Virus record (IMG/VR): IMGVR_UViG_2693429700_000004
DNA: 12,326 nucleotides
From: a virus
Lineage: Duplodnaviria; Heunggongvirae; Uroviricota; Caudoviricetes
Direction: 5' to 3' (one strand)
The notes beneath the pieces were generated by a model. The model saw nothing but the letters and a program-made list of their open reading frames with translations. It searched no databases and was not told the origin of the DNA. Both the position numbers and the translations under genes were made by a program. Positions within the stretch are counted from its first letter, which is position 1; each line of letters starts with the position of its first letter. Below, one piece after another: positions 1 to 6,015 of the stretch.

Positions 1-87
1 CTGTGAGTCATATTCATCCTGACTTTCCAGAACCATACGAATCGCCCGCTGACGGACTTCGGGGGAAAAACGAGTATTTTTAGTCAT
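1..87 (-). CDS. IS3-family transposase OrfA, N-terminal 29 codons only (gene continues beyond the window's left edge)
   Basis: Reverse complement of 1-87 translates MTKNTRFSPEVRQRAIRMVLESQDEYDSQ, which I recognise as the conserved N-terminus of IS3-family orfA HTH proteins. AAGAGG Shine-Dalgarno sits 6-7 nt upstream of the ATG (complement of 85-87). Confidence 0.6.
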   Translation of the reverse strand, partial: MTKNTRFSPEVRQRAIRMVLESQDEYDSQ

Positions 88-162
88 CCTGTTTACCTCT
101 TTCTCAGGGAGTTTAGTCTCCAGGATTTCCGGGGCGGTTCACTCAATTCCATCATAAACTTC

Positions 163-291
163 TCAGTTGTTAGCTTTTGCCGAACTGGAAAGCGCCTGTT
201 TAAACTCACTGAAGCTGAGAGCTTCTTCGCCTTCGGCAAGGCCTTCGAAGTATTCTTCGTAAGCCTTTTTCATGATTGTGTCGAAATCCAT
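163..291 (-). CDS. small acidic hypothetical protein (42 aa), leftward early operon; position matches the small ydaF/ydaG genes of Rac
   Basis: Minus-strand ORF MDFDTIMKKAYEEYFEGLAEGEEALSFSEFKQALSSSAKANN with GGTGAG RBS-like sequence upstream. Protein-like composition, unlike the overlapping + strand ORF 272-469. Not in the supplied ORF track (too short). Confidence 0.45.
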   Translation of the reverse strand: MDFDTIMKKAYEEYFEGLAEGEEALSFSEFKQALSSSAKANN

Positions 292-301
292 ATCACTCAC
301 C

Positions 302-448
302 TTAGTTTCTTTCCAACCAGCGACGTGCGCCAGCTTCGGTTTTAAACGATTTGCTTTTGGTATACGTCATGGCGGTGAATGTGCCGTCCTGATTGGGAAA
401 CACGCCACATACCAGAGATTCGTTGTTGCCAAGATCGATAGTATCCAT
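302..448 (-). CDS. small hypothetical protein (48 aa), leftward early operon
   Basis: Track ORF 302-511 begins with TTG; the internal ATG at 448 (MDTIDLGNNESLVCGVFPNQDGTFTAMTYTKSKSFKTEAGARRWLERN) is preceded by GAGG 5 nt upstream. Sits 10 nt upstream of the next small gene, consistent with an operon. Confidence 0.4.
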   Translation of the reverse strand: MDTIDLGNNESLVCGVFPNQDGTFTAMTYTKSKSFKTEAGARRWLERN

Positions 449-628
449 GTTGACCTCATTTCCCCTTAACGCCGGGTGGCGGAACGTTTTATCTACTGCG
501 CTTTGTATCAATCAACAACTGCCGTCATGTTCGTATGCCTCAGGCTGGCTACTTAGCCCTGTTCAGTGGCTGGATAACTCGAGGTATTGTCCAGCCGTTC
601 TCTGGTGGGGCGTTGTTTGGATATGCTT

Positions 629-657
629 ATTAAACACAATGCGTTTTCTTATGTCAA
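629..657 (-). promoter_or_regulatory. near-consensus sigma70 promoter (pL-like) driving the leftward small genes
   Basis: On the minus strand: TTGACA (complement of 652-657), 17-bp spacer, TTTAAT (complement of 629-634). Confidence 0.4.
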
Positions 658-698
658 CACGAAATGTGTTTTGTGGTGAGTGTCATATGATGATGGTA

Positions 699-723
699 CA
701 AAAAAGCCCGCTGATAGCGGGCT
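699..723 (-). terminator. intrinsic terminator downstream of the repressor gene
   Basis: Stem AGCCCGC (705-711) / GCGGGCT (717-723) with 5-nt loop; on the minus strand the hairpin is followed by a T6 run (complement of 699-704). Confidence 0.5.
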
Positions 724-753
724 GATTGGCATATTACTGTGATAGCAAGATCA

Positions 754-1173
754 TTACTCCGGTGGGGGATTATCTTTAAGCCTGCCTCTCAAATATTTTT
801 CTACATACTCATCGATTTCTTTTAGCCGGACTTCAAATAGCTCAATCATTCGTTGTTGTTCTGAGCCAGGTAGCTGGTTAAACAACTCAAGAAGTTTTCG
901 TTGGGATTCATTTAACCACAATTCAGAAGATTCCTGTTCTCCAAATAGGAGCTCAGGAGGAGATATGCCAAGTGCCTTTCCCAATACGACAGCGTCATGC
1001 ACTCCAACATTTCTGCTGCCCGCCTCATAGTTACCTATACGCGATTGCGTCCATCCGCAGATTTCAGCAAGTTTTCCTTGAGATAAACCAAGCTTCTGCC
1101 TGCGCTCTTTAAGACGCATTGCAATTTTGTCATTGAGCCTACTAGCGGCAATTTTTTCGTTTTCTTTTTCCAT
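754..1173 (-). CDS. racR: XRE/cI-type HTH prophage repressor, RacR-like
   Basis: 139-aa ORF with an HTH (LSQGKLAEICGWTQSRIGNYEAGSRNVG); AAGGA RBS 5 nt upstream of ATG. Transcribed divergently from a Cro-like gene, and synteny matches racR-ydaS-ydaT-ydaU-ydaV of Rac. Gene symbol is by synteny only. Confidence 0.75.
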   Translation of the reverse strand: MEKENEKIAASRLNDKIAMRLKERRQKLGLSQGKLAEICGWTQSRIGNYEAGSRNVGVHDAVVLGKALGISPPELLFGEQESSELWLNESQRKLLELFNQLPGSEQQRMIELFEVRLKEIDEYVEKYLRGRLKDNPPPE

Positions 1174-1184
1174 TGCATCCTTGT

Positions 1185-1245
1185 ATCACGAATCGTGATT
1201 TACATAAAACACAAAACAGCTTGACCATATAACACAAGGTGTGTT
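1185..1245. promoter_or_regulatory. divergent promoter/operator region of the immunity switch with two different palindromes
   Basis: Perfect 15-bp palindrome ATCACGAATCGTGAT (1185-1199) and inverted repeat AACACA-AGG-TGTGTT (1231-1245). TTGACC (1221-1226) is a -35 candidate for the rightward promoter. An 11-bp direct repeat AAAACAGCTTG occurs at 1213-1223 and 1293-1303. Confidence 0.45.
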
Positions 1246-1269
1246 TAAAATTGTCATCGGAGGTTTTCA

Positions 1270-1512
1270 ATGAACAAAATTTCAACATATCGAAAACAGC
1301 TTGGGCTGTCTCAAAGACAACTTGCTGTTCAGTTAGGGTGGATACAAAGCCGACTGGCAAATTACGAAGCAAATTTTCGTACCCCTGGACTAGAGGAGTG
1401 CAGAAAAATTGTTTCTACCCTTAATCGGCTTGGCGCTCATTGTGGACTTGACGATGTATTCCCCCCAGACGGTAAGCATAGCGAAAACAGCATAGGAGCG
1501 GTTGATTCATGA
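1270..1512 (+). CDS. ydaS: Cro-like HTH regulator, YdaS-like
   Basis: 80-aa ORF with an N-terminal HTH (LGLSQRQLAVQLGWIQSRLANYEAN); GGAGG RBS 6 nt upstream. First gene of the rightward operon, divergent from the repressor. Confidence 0.75.
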   Translation: MNKISTYRKQLGLSQRQLAVQLGWIQSRLANYEANFRTPGLEECRKIVSTLNRLGAHCGLDDVFPPDGKHSENSIGAVDS

Positions 1513-1931
1513 AAATCAGGCATGAGCACATCGAATCAGTGTTGTTAGCCCTGGCAGCCGAAAAAGGGCAGGCGTGGGTCGCTAACGCAATTACTGAAGA
1601 ATATCTGCGCCAGGGGGGCGGCGAATTGCCCCTTGTACCAGGCAAGGACTGGAACAATCAGCAGAATATCTATCACCGTTGGTTGAAAGGTGAAACGAAA
1701 GCGCAAAGGGAAAAAATTCAGAAACTGATCCCTGCGGTTCTGGCAATTCTTCCGCGCGAGCTGCGTCACCGACTCTGCATCTTCGATACCCTGGAACGCC
1801 GTGCATTACTGGCGGCGCAGGAAGCGTTGAGTACGGCAATTGATGCGCATGATGATGCAGTCCAGGCCGTTTACCGGAAAGCACATTTCAGCGGTGGTGG
1901 GTCGCCCGGCGATTCTGTCGTAGTGCATTGA
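1509..1931 (+). CDS. ydaT: YdaT-like protein (toxic when derepressed in Rac; proposed CII-like regulator)
   Basis: 140-aa ORF whose start overlaps the upstream stop (ATGA), indicating translational coupling. Size and position match ydaT of Rac. Function is taken from literature on the family, not from the sequence. Confidence 0.7.
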   Translation: MKIRHEHIESVLLALAAEKGQAWVANAITEEYLRQGGGELPLVPGKDWNNQQNIYHRWLKGETKAQREKIQKLIPAVLAILPRELRHRLCIFDTLERRALLAAQEALSTAIDAHDDAVQAVYRKAHFSGGGSPGDSVVVH

Positions 1932-1976
1932 TTGAAATTGATCGTGCCGGATTGTTTTGTTCGGTATCAGTTAAAT

Positions 1977-2417
1977 GTAACGCTGCGAGCGTTACAAGGT
2001 GAAAACAAATGGCTTCAAACTGGATAAAGCTCGAGGTTATTACGCCGGATAAGCCGGAAATATTCAGGCTTGCTGAGATTCTGAATATTGATCCAGATGC
2101 CGCATTAGGGAAGGTTATTCGCTTCTGGGCATGGGCGGATCAACAAATGATAGACGGTAATGCAGATTGTAACGCTCGCGGCGTTACAAAAAGTGCAATA
2201 GATCGCATCACTTTTATGGCTGGTTTTGCTGATGCGTTAATTCAGGTTGGATGGCTGATCGAAAATGACGGTGGGCTTTCTCTACCTAACTTTGAACGTC
2301 ATAACGGGAAAAGCTCTAAAAAACGGGCGGTTACAAACGAGCGAGTAACAAAAATACGCGAACTGCAACGAAAAGGTAACGCTGCCAGCGTTACACAAAC
2401 GGATCAAAAAGCGTTAC
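1977..2417. repeat. palindromic iteron-like repeats (GTAACGCT-N3-AGCGTTAC) around and inside the initiator gene: candidate origin or autoregulatory sites
   Basis: Copies at 1977-1995 (8-bp arms), 2169-2187 (one mismatch) and 2376-2394 (8-bp arms); a related GTTAC-N10-GTAAC at 2330-2349; a half-site AGCGTTAC at 2410-2417. Confidence 0.5.
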
Positions 2418-2791
2418 CAGAGGAAGAGGAAGATATAAATACTGATCTCCCCCTAAATCCCCCTCGCCAAAAACGAGCGTCTAAAAAATTCGAGCCGGAG
2501 GCTATCGAGCTGCCTGACTGGTTGCCGGAAACACTCTGGCATGAGTGGTTTCAGTTCAGGCAGGCATTGCGAAAACCGATTCGAACGGAGCAGGGCGCTA
2601 ACGGGGCGATACGGGAACTGGAAAAATTCCGTCAGCAGGGTTTTACACCTGAGCAGGTGATTCGACACAGCATCGCCAATGAATACCAGGGCCTGTTCGC
2701 GCCGAAAGGTGTTCGGCCTGAGACGTTGCTCCGACAGGTTAACACCGTCTCGTTGCCGGACAGTGCGATCCCGCCAGGCTTCAGGGGGTAA
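2009..2791 (+). CDS. phage replication initiator, lambda O-like / YdaU-like
   Basis: 260-aa ORF directly upstream of a DnaC-like loader; AAGGTGA RBS. Gene contains the repeated palindromes listed above, as lambda O contains ori. Assignment is by synteny and architecture. Confidence 0.65.
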   Translation: MASNWIKLEVITPDKPEIFRLAEILNIDPDAALGKVIRFWAWADQQMIDGNADCNARGVTKSAIDRITFMAGFADALIQVGWLIENDGGLSLPNFERHNGKSSKKRAVTNERVTKIRELQRKGNAASVTQTDQKALPEEEEDINTDLPLNPPRQKRASKKFEPEAIELPDWLPETLWHEWFQFRQALRKPIRTEQGANGAIRELEKFRQQGFTPEQVIRHSIANEYQGLFAPKGVRPETLLRQVNTVSLPDSAIPPGFRG

Positions 2792-2797
2792 CGGACC

Positions 2798-3544
2798 ATG
2801 AAAAATATTGCGACAGGCGGTGTTCTTGAACGTATCCGTAAGCTGGCTCCGCAGCATGTAACCGCGCCGTACCGGACAGTGGACGAGTGGCGAGAGTGGC
2901 AGCTTGCAGAAGGGCGAAAACGTAGCGAGGAGATCAACCGCCTGAATCGTCAGTTGCGGGTGGAAAAAATTCTGAATCGCTCAGGCATCCAGCCGTTGCA
3001 TCGTAAATGCTCGTTTGCAAATTACCAGGTGCAGAACGACGGCCAGCGATACGCGTTAAGCCAGGCGAAATCCATCGCCGATGAACTGATGACCGGGGGT
3101 ACAAATTTTGCGTTCAGCGGAAAACCTGGTACCGGGAAGAACCACTTAGCGGCAGCTATCGGAAATCGCCTGCTGAAAGATGGCCAGACAGTGATTGTGG
3201 TTACTGTGGCTGATGTTATGAGTGCCCTGCATGCCAGCTATGACGACGGACAGTCAGGCGAAAAATTTTTGCGGGAACTGTGCGAAGTGGATCTGCTGGT
3301 TCTTGATGAGATTGGCATTCAGCGCGAGACGAAAAACGAGCAGGTGGTACTGCACCAGATTATTGATCGACGGACAGCGTCGATGCGTAGCGTGGGAATG
3401 CTGACAAATCTGAACTATGAGGCCATGAAAACATTGCTCGGTGAGCGGATTATGGATCGCATGACCATGAACGGCGGACGCTGGGTGAATTTTAACTGGG
3501 AGAGCTGGCGTCCGAATGTCGTCCAGCCAGGAATTGCGAAGTAA
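2798..3544 (+). CDS. ydaV: DnaC-like replicative helicase loader (AAA+ ATPase; YdaV-like)
   Basis: 248-aa ORF with Walker [16 protein letters not shown] and Walker B-like LLVLDEIG; sits 6 nt after the initiator gene. Confidence 0.85.
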   Translation: MKNIATGGVLERIRKLAPQHVTAPYRTVDEWREWQLAEGRKRSEEINRLNRQLRVEKILNRSGIQPLHRKCSFANYQVQNDGQRYALSQAKSIADELMTGGTNFAFSGKPGTGKNHLAAAIGNRLLKDGQTVIVVTVADVMSALHASYDDGQSGEKFLRELCEVDLLVLDEIGIQRETKNEQVVLHQIIDRRTASMRSVGMLTNLNYEAMKTLLGERIMDRMTMNGGRWVNFNWESWRPNVVQPGIAK

Positions 3545-3566
3545 TTTTTACCGGGAGAAAAATTTA

Positions 3567-4328
3567 ATGGAGACTGTTTTTGACGCACTGAAAGCAATGG
3601 GAAAAGCCACATCCATAGAACTTGCTGCGCGACTTGATATCAGTCGTGAAGAGGTACTGAACGAGCTGTGGGAACTGAAAAAAGCTGGTTTTGTTGATAA
3701 AACCGCGTACACCTGGCGCGTGGCTGAAAACAACGTTCAGCAGGAACAGTCAGCGCAGGCAGAACTGCCGGAAGAAACCACCACAGCAACAGTAGCGAAA
3801 ATCTCAGAGTGCGATTTAACCGCAACGATTGAACAACGCGGACCACAAACGGCTGATGAGCTGGCTACATTGTTTGATACCACATCACGCAAAGTGTCTT
3901 CAACGCTGGCAATGGCAATCAGCAAAGGTCGTCTGATTCGCGTAAATCAGGGCGGTAAATTTCGTTACTGCATACCGGGCGATAATTTACCAGCAGAGCC
4001 GAAAGCAGCATCGGTAGCGGAAACTGATGGTAAAGCCTTTCCTCAGCCTGCATGTGTTGCGTTACCAGTACAGGAAGCTGCAACACAGGAAGATATTAAA
4101 ACAGAAACGATGGCGGACATTGTGCAGTCGCTGCCATCGTTTACTGCAACGCGATCTGATGATTTGATTTTGCCATCGCTGCATTTGGCAAACCGCGAAC
4201 TGCGTCGGGCGAAAAATCATGTCCAGAAGTGGGAGCGTGTCTGCGCCGCGCTGCGTGAGTTGAACAAGCACAGGGATATTGTACGACAGATTACTGATTC
4301 TTCCCGCCATGTTGCATCGGAAAAGTGA
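3567..4328 (+). CDS. phage protein with two winged-helix-like segments (function unknown)
   Basis: Start chosen at ATG 3567 ([13 protein letters not shown]...) with GGAGA RBS; the track's upstream start at 3516 would overlap the DnaC-like gene. wHTH-like stretches: [30 protein letters not shown] and [29 protein letters not shown]. Confidence 0.55.
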   Translation: METVFDALKAMGKATSIELAARLDISREEVLNELWELKKAGFVDKTAYTWRVAENNVQQEQSAQAELPEETTTATVAKISECDLTATIEQRGPQTADELATLFDTTSRKVSSTLAMAISKGRLIRVNQGGKFRYCIPGDNLPAEPKAASVAETDGKAFPQPACVALPVQEAATQEDIKTETMADIVQSLPSFTATRSDDLILPSLHLANRELRRAKNHVQKWERVCAALRELNKHRDIVRQITDSSRHVASEK

Positions 4329-4343
4329 TTGCCGGAGGCGCTT

Positions 4344-4736
4344 ATGGCAAAAGTATTTACACAAGAAGAGCGGGAAGAAGTGAAGGCGCGCATTGTGGAA
4401 TTCGTGCGCCTGAGCGGACGAGAAACTTTTCGACAACTGGCAGATAAAACGGGTGTCAGTAAGACCGCTATTCGTCGTTTATCTGGTGCGCTTGCGGCCA
4501 GTGGTGATGTCTGGCTCTCTGGTTGCGGGGTATTTCCATCAGAGCAGGCGTATCGCGTATGGCGTAAGACACCGGAGAAGGCTGCTGACCCGACACTGAT
4601 TCGAAAGTTACCTGACGGAGAAATACGTCGTTACAACAGACGGCAGAACATAATTTGTCGTGAGTGCCGCCAGAGCGAAGTTATGCAGCGTGTGCTGGCG
4701 TTCTATCGGGGAAACTTTCAGGAGGTGATGTTGTGA
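4344..4736 (+). CDS. hypothetical phage protein with putative HTH
   Basis: ATG at 4344 with GGAGG RBS 5 nt upstream (the track start at 4329 is TTG). HTH-like TFRQLADKTGVSKTAIRRL; C-terminal CRECRQ. Confidence 0.5.
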   Translation: MAKVFTQEEREEVKARIVEFVRLSGRETFRQLADKTGVSKTAIRRLSGALAASGDVWLSGCGVFPSEQAYRVWRKTPEKAADPTLIRKLPDGEIRRYNRRQNIICRECRQSEVMQRVLAFYRGNFQEVML

Positions 4737-5206
4737 GTGAGTCGGCTACCATTCTCGACATGTGCTGTGGCAGTCGCATGTTCTGGTTTGATAAGAATGA
4801 CGAACGGGCGATATTTAGCGATATCAGAAAAGAAGAGCACACATTGTGTGATGGACGACGCCTGATTATCAGTCCTGACCTGATAGCAGATTTTCGAGCA
4901 TTACCATTTGCAGACGCATCGTTTCCGGTTGTTGTATTCGACCCTCCGCATCTTGAGCGTGTTGGTGATAACGCCTGGATGGGAAAGAAATATGGACGGC
5001 TGAATAAAGATACCTGGCGAGATGATTTGCGGCAGGGATTTAAAGAAGCCTTTCGTGTGTTGTGCCCACGCGGCGTTCTGATTTTTAAATGGAATGAAAC
5101 GCAAATACCTGTTCGCCAGATATTGGTACTGACCGACAGAAAACCTGTTATCGGTCAACGAACAGGAAAAAACGATAAAACCCACTGGATTATTTTTATG
5201 AAATAG
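4733..5206 (+). CDS. small SAM-dependent methyltransferase, probable phage orphan DNA N6-adenine/N4-cytosine MTase
   Basis: Motif I-like ILDMCCGSR, then catalytic motif IV DPPH (VVVFDPPHL) about 65 residues later. Start is either GTG 4733 (GGAGGTGA RBS, overlaps upstream stop) or ATG 4763. About 150-158 aa with no partner restriction gene. Confidence 0.6.
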   Translation: MSESATILDMCCGSRMFWFDKNDERAIFSDIRKEEHTLCDGRRLIISPDLIADFRALPFADASFPVVVFDPPHLERVGDNAWMGKKYGRLNKDTWRDDLRQGFKEAFRVLCPRGVLIFKWNETQIPVRQILVLTDRKPVIGQRTGKNDKTHWIIFMK

Positions 5207-5454
5207 GCATCCAGTGAGTAGGTTCGTAAGGTTACAGATGCGTATATCTGAATAATTAAATTCAGTTCTGTAAATAAAATTTAATCCTTAACCGGAGGGA
5301 TTCCTGCACCCTCAGAACATCAGGAGACCGCCCGAAAGGGCGGTAATGAAAAATGGCTGAATGAACCAAATGGCTACAAAACACGATTACCGGAATTGAA
5401 ACGGTAGTAGACGATAAATCGTTTGTATGTGATGAAATAGTATTCAAAATCGAT

Positions 5455-5820
5455 GTGGTTAAAAACGTACTTACCGCATTTAAAGTCGCGCTGGTATCGC
5501 TGGAAGCCGAACCGGTGACATGGCGATATCGCTACGTGAGAAAAGGCGTTACGAACTTTCAGGAGAAGCCGTGGGTTGGTGACTGGAAATATGTACCGAC
5601 AAAAGAGGATTGCAACGACAGGCCGAACTATGAAATTCAGGCGTTATTCACGGCCCAGCCTGTGCCACTGACACCCGAAGGATTGATTAAAGCGGTGCGC
5701 TTCTATGAACAGGTTAAGAGTGAAAATCCGCCAGTCGAAACCGGAGCATGGAAAGACGCTGTTGACTGGGTGCTCAAAGAGGCTTGTCAGGCTGTAAACA
5801 TTGGCATCAAAGGAGAGTGA
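5455..5820 (+). CDS. hypothetical protein (121 aa)
   Basis: ORF with GTG start at 5455 (in-frame stop at 5437 limits extension) and a weak RBS. Protein-like composition; stop sits 1 nt before the next gene's start. Confidence 0.45.
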   Translation: MVKNVLTAFKVALVSLEAEPVTWRYRYVRKGVTNFQEKPWVGDWKYVPTKEDCNDRPNYEIQALFTAQPVPLTPEGLIKAVRFYEQVKSENPPVETGAWKDAVDWVLKEACQAVNIGIKGE

Positions 5821-5821
5821 G

Positions 5822-6013
5822 ATGAACGGACAAATCTCAATTGTTCGACCGGGAGCATGTGACGATTGCGAGATACGAATGATTATTCGTCTGGCGATGG
5901 GGAAAACAATAACTGCTCTCATTACTCCAGAAAATCTCGCATTAGCATTAACAGGAAAGTCAGACCTGCCAGTAGAGCTAAAGCTGCGAAATGTTGAGAT
6001 TAAGGTGAAATAG
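5822..6013 (+). CDS. hypothetical small protein (63 aa)
   Basis: ATG 5822 preceded by AAAGGAGAG RBS (MNGQISIVRPGACDDCEIRM...); tightly packed between neighbours. Confidence 0.45.
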   Translation: MNGQISIVRPGACDDCEIRMIIRLAMGKTITALITPENLALALTGKSDLPVELKLRNVEIKVK

Positions 6014-6015
6014 CT

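Noticed and set aside
272-725. Plus-strand ORFs 272-469 (65 aa) and 393-725 (110 aa)
   Set aside because: Cys/Trp/His-rich, non-protein-like composition and no RBS; they overlap the better-supported minus-strand small genes and the promoter/terminator region, so are likely non-coding frames.
1142-1424. ORFs 1142-1372 (-) and 1239-1424 (+) across the immunity-switch intergenic region
   Set aside because: They overlap the divergent promoter/operator region and the well-supported Cro-like HTH gene in other frames, with no independent start signals.
1421-1884. Minus-strand ORFs 1421-1657, 1545-1769 and 1591-1884
   Set aside because: Antisense to the translationally coupled ydaS/ydaT-like genes; Arg/Pro/Cys-rich translations typical of reverse frames of coding sequence.
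2453-2937. Minus-strand ORFs 2453-2857 and 2632-2937
   Set aside because: Antisense to the initiator and helicase-loader genes, which have strong motif support; no RBS.
3516-3566. Upstream start (3516) of the track ORF 3516-4328
   Set aside because: It would overlap the 3' end of the DnaC-like gene by 29 nt; the internal ATG at 3567 has a GGAGA RBS and begins a plausible N-terminus.
3222-3846. ORFs 3222-3404 (+), 3415-3612 (-), 3548-3733 (-), 3640-3846 (-), 3737-3925 (-)
   Set aside because: Internal or antisense frames of the DnaC-like and winged-helix genes; no motifs or start signals.
4062-4436. Minus-strand ORF 4062-4436 (124 aa)
   Set aside because: Antisense to two plus-strand genes; Cys/Arg/Phe-rich, non-protein-like translation.
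4901-5185. Minus-strand ORF 4901-5185 (94 aa)
   Set aside because: Antisense to the methyltransferase gene, which has recognisable catalytic motifs on the plus strand.
5262-5447. Minus-strand ORF 5262-5447 (61 aa) inside the structured intergenic gap
   Set aside because: No RBS and a low-complexity, Ser/His-rich translation; the region is better explained as structured non-coding sequence. A real small gene cannot be fully excluded.
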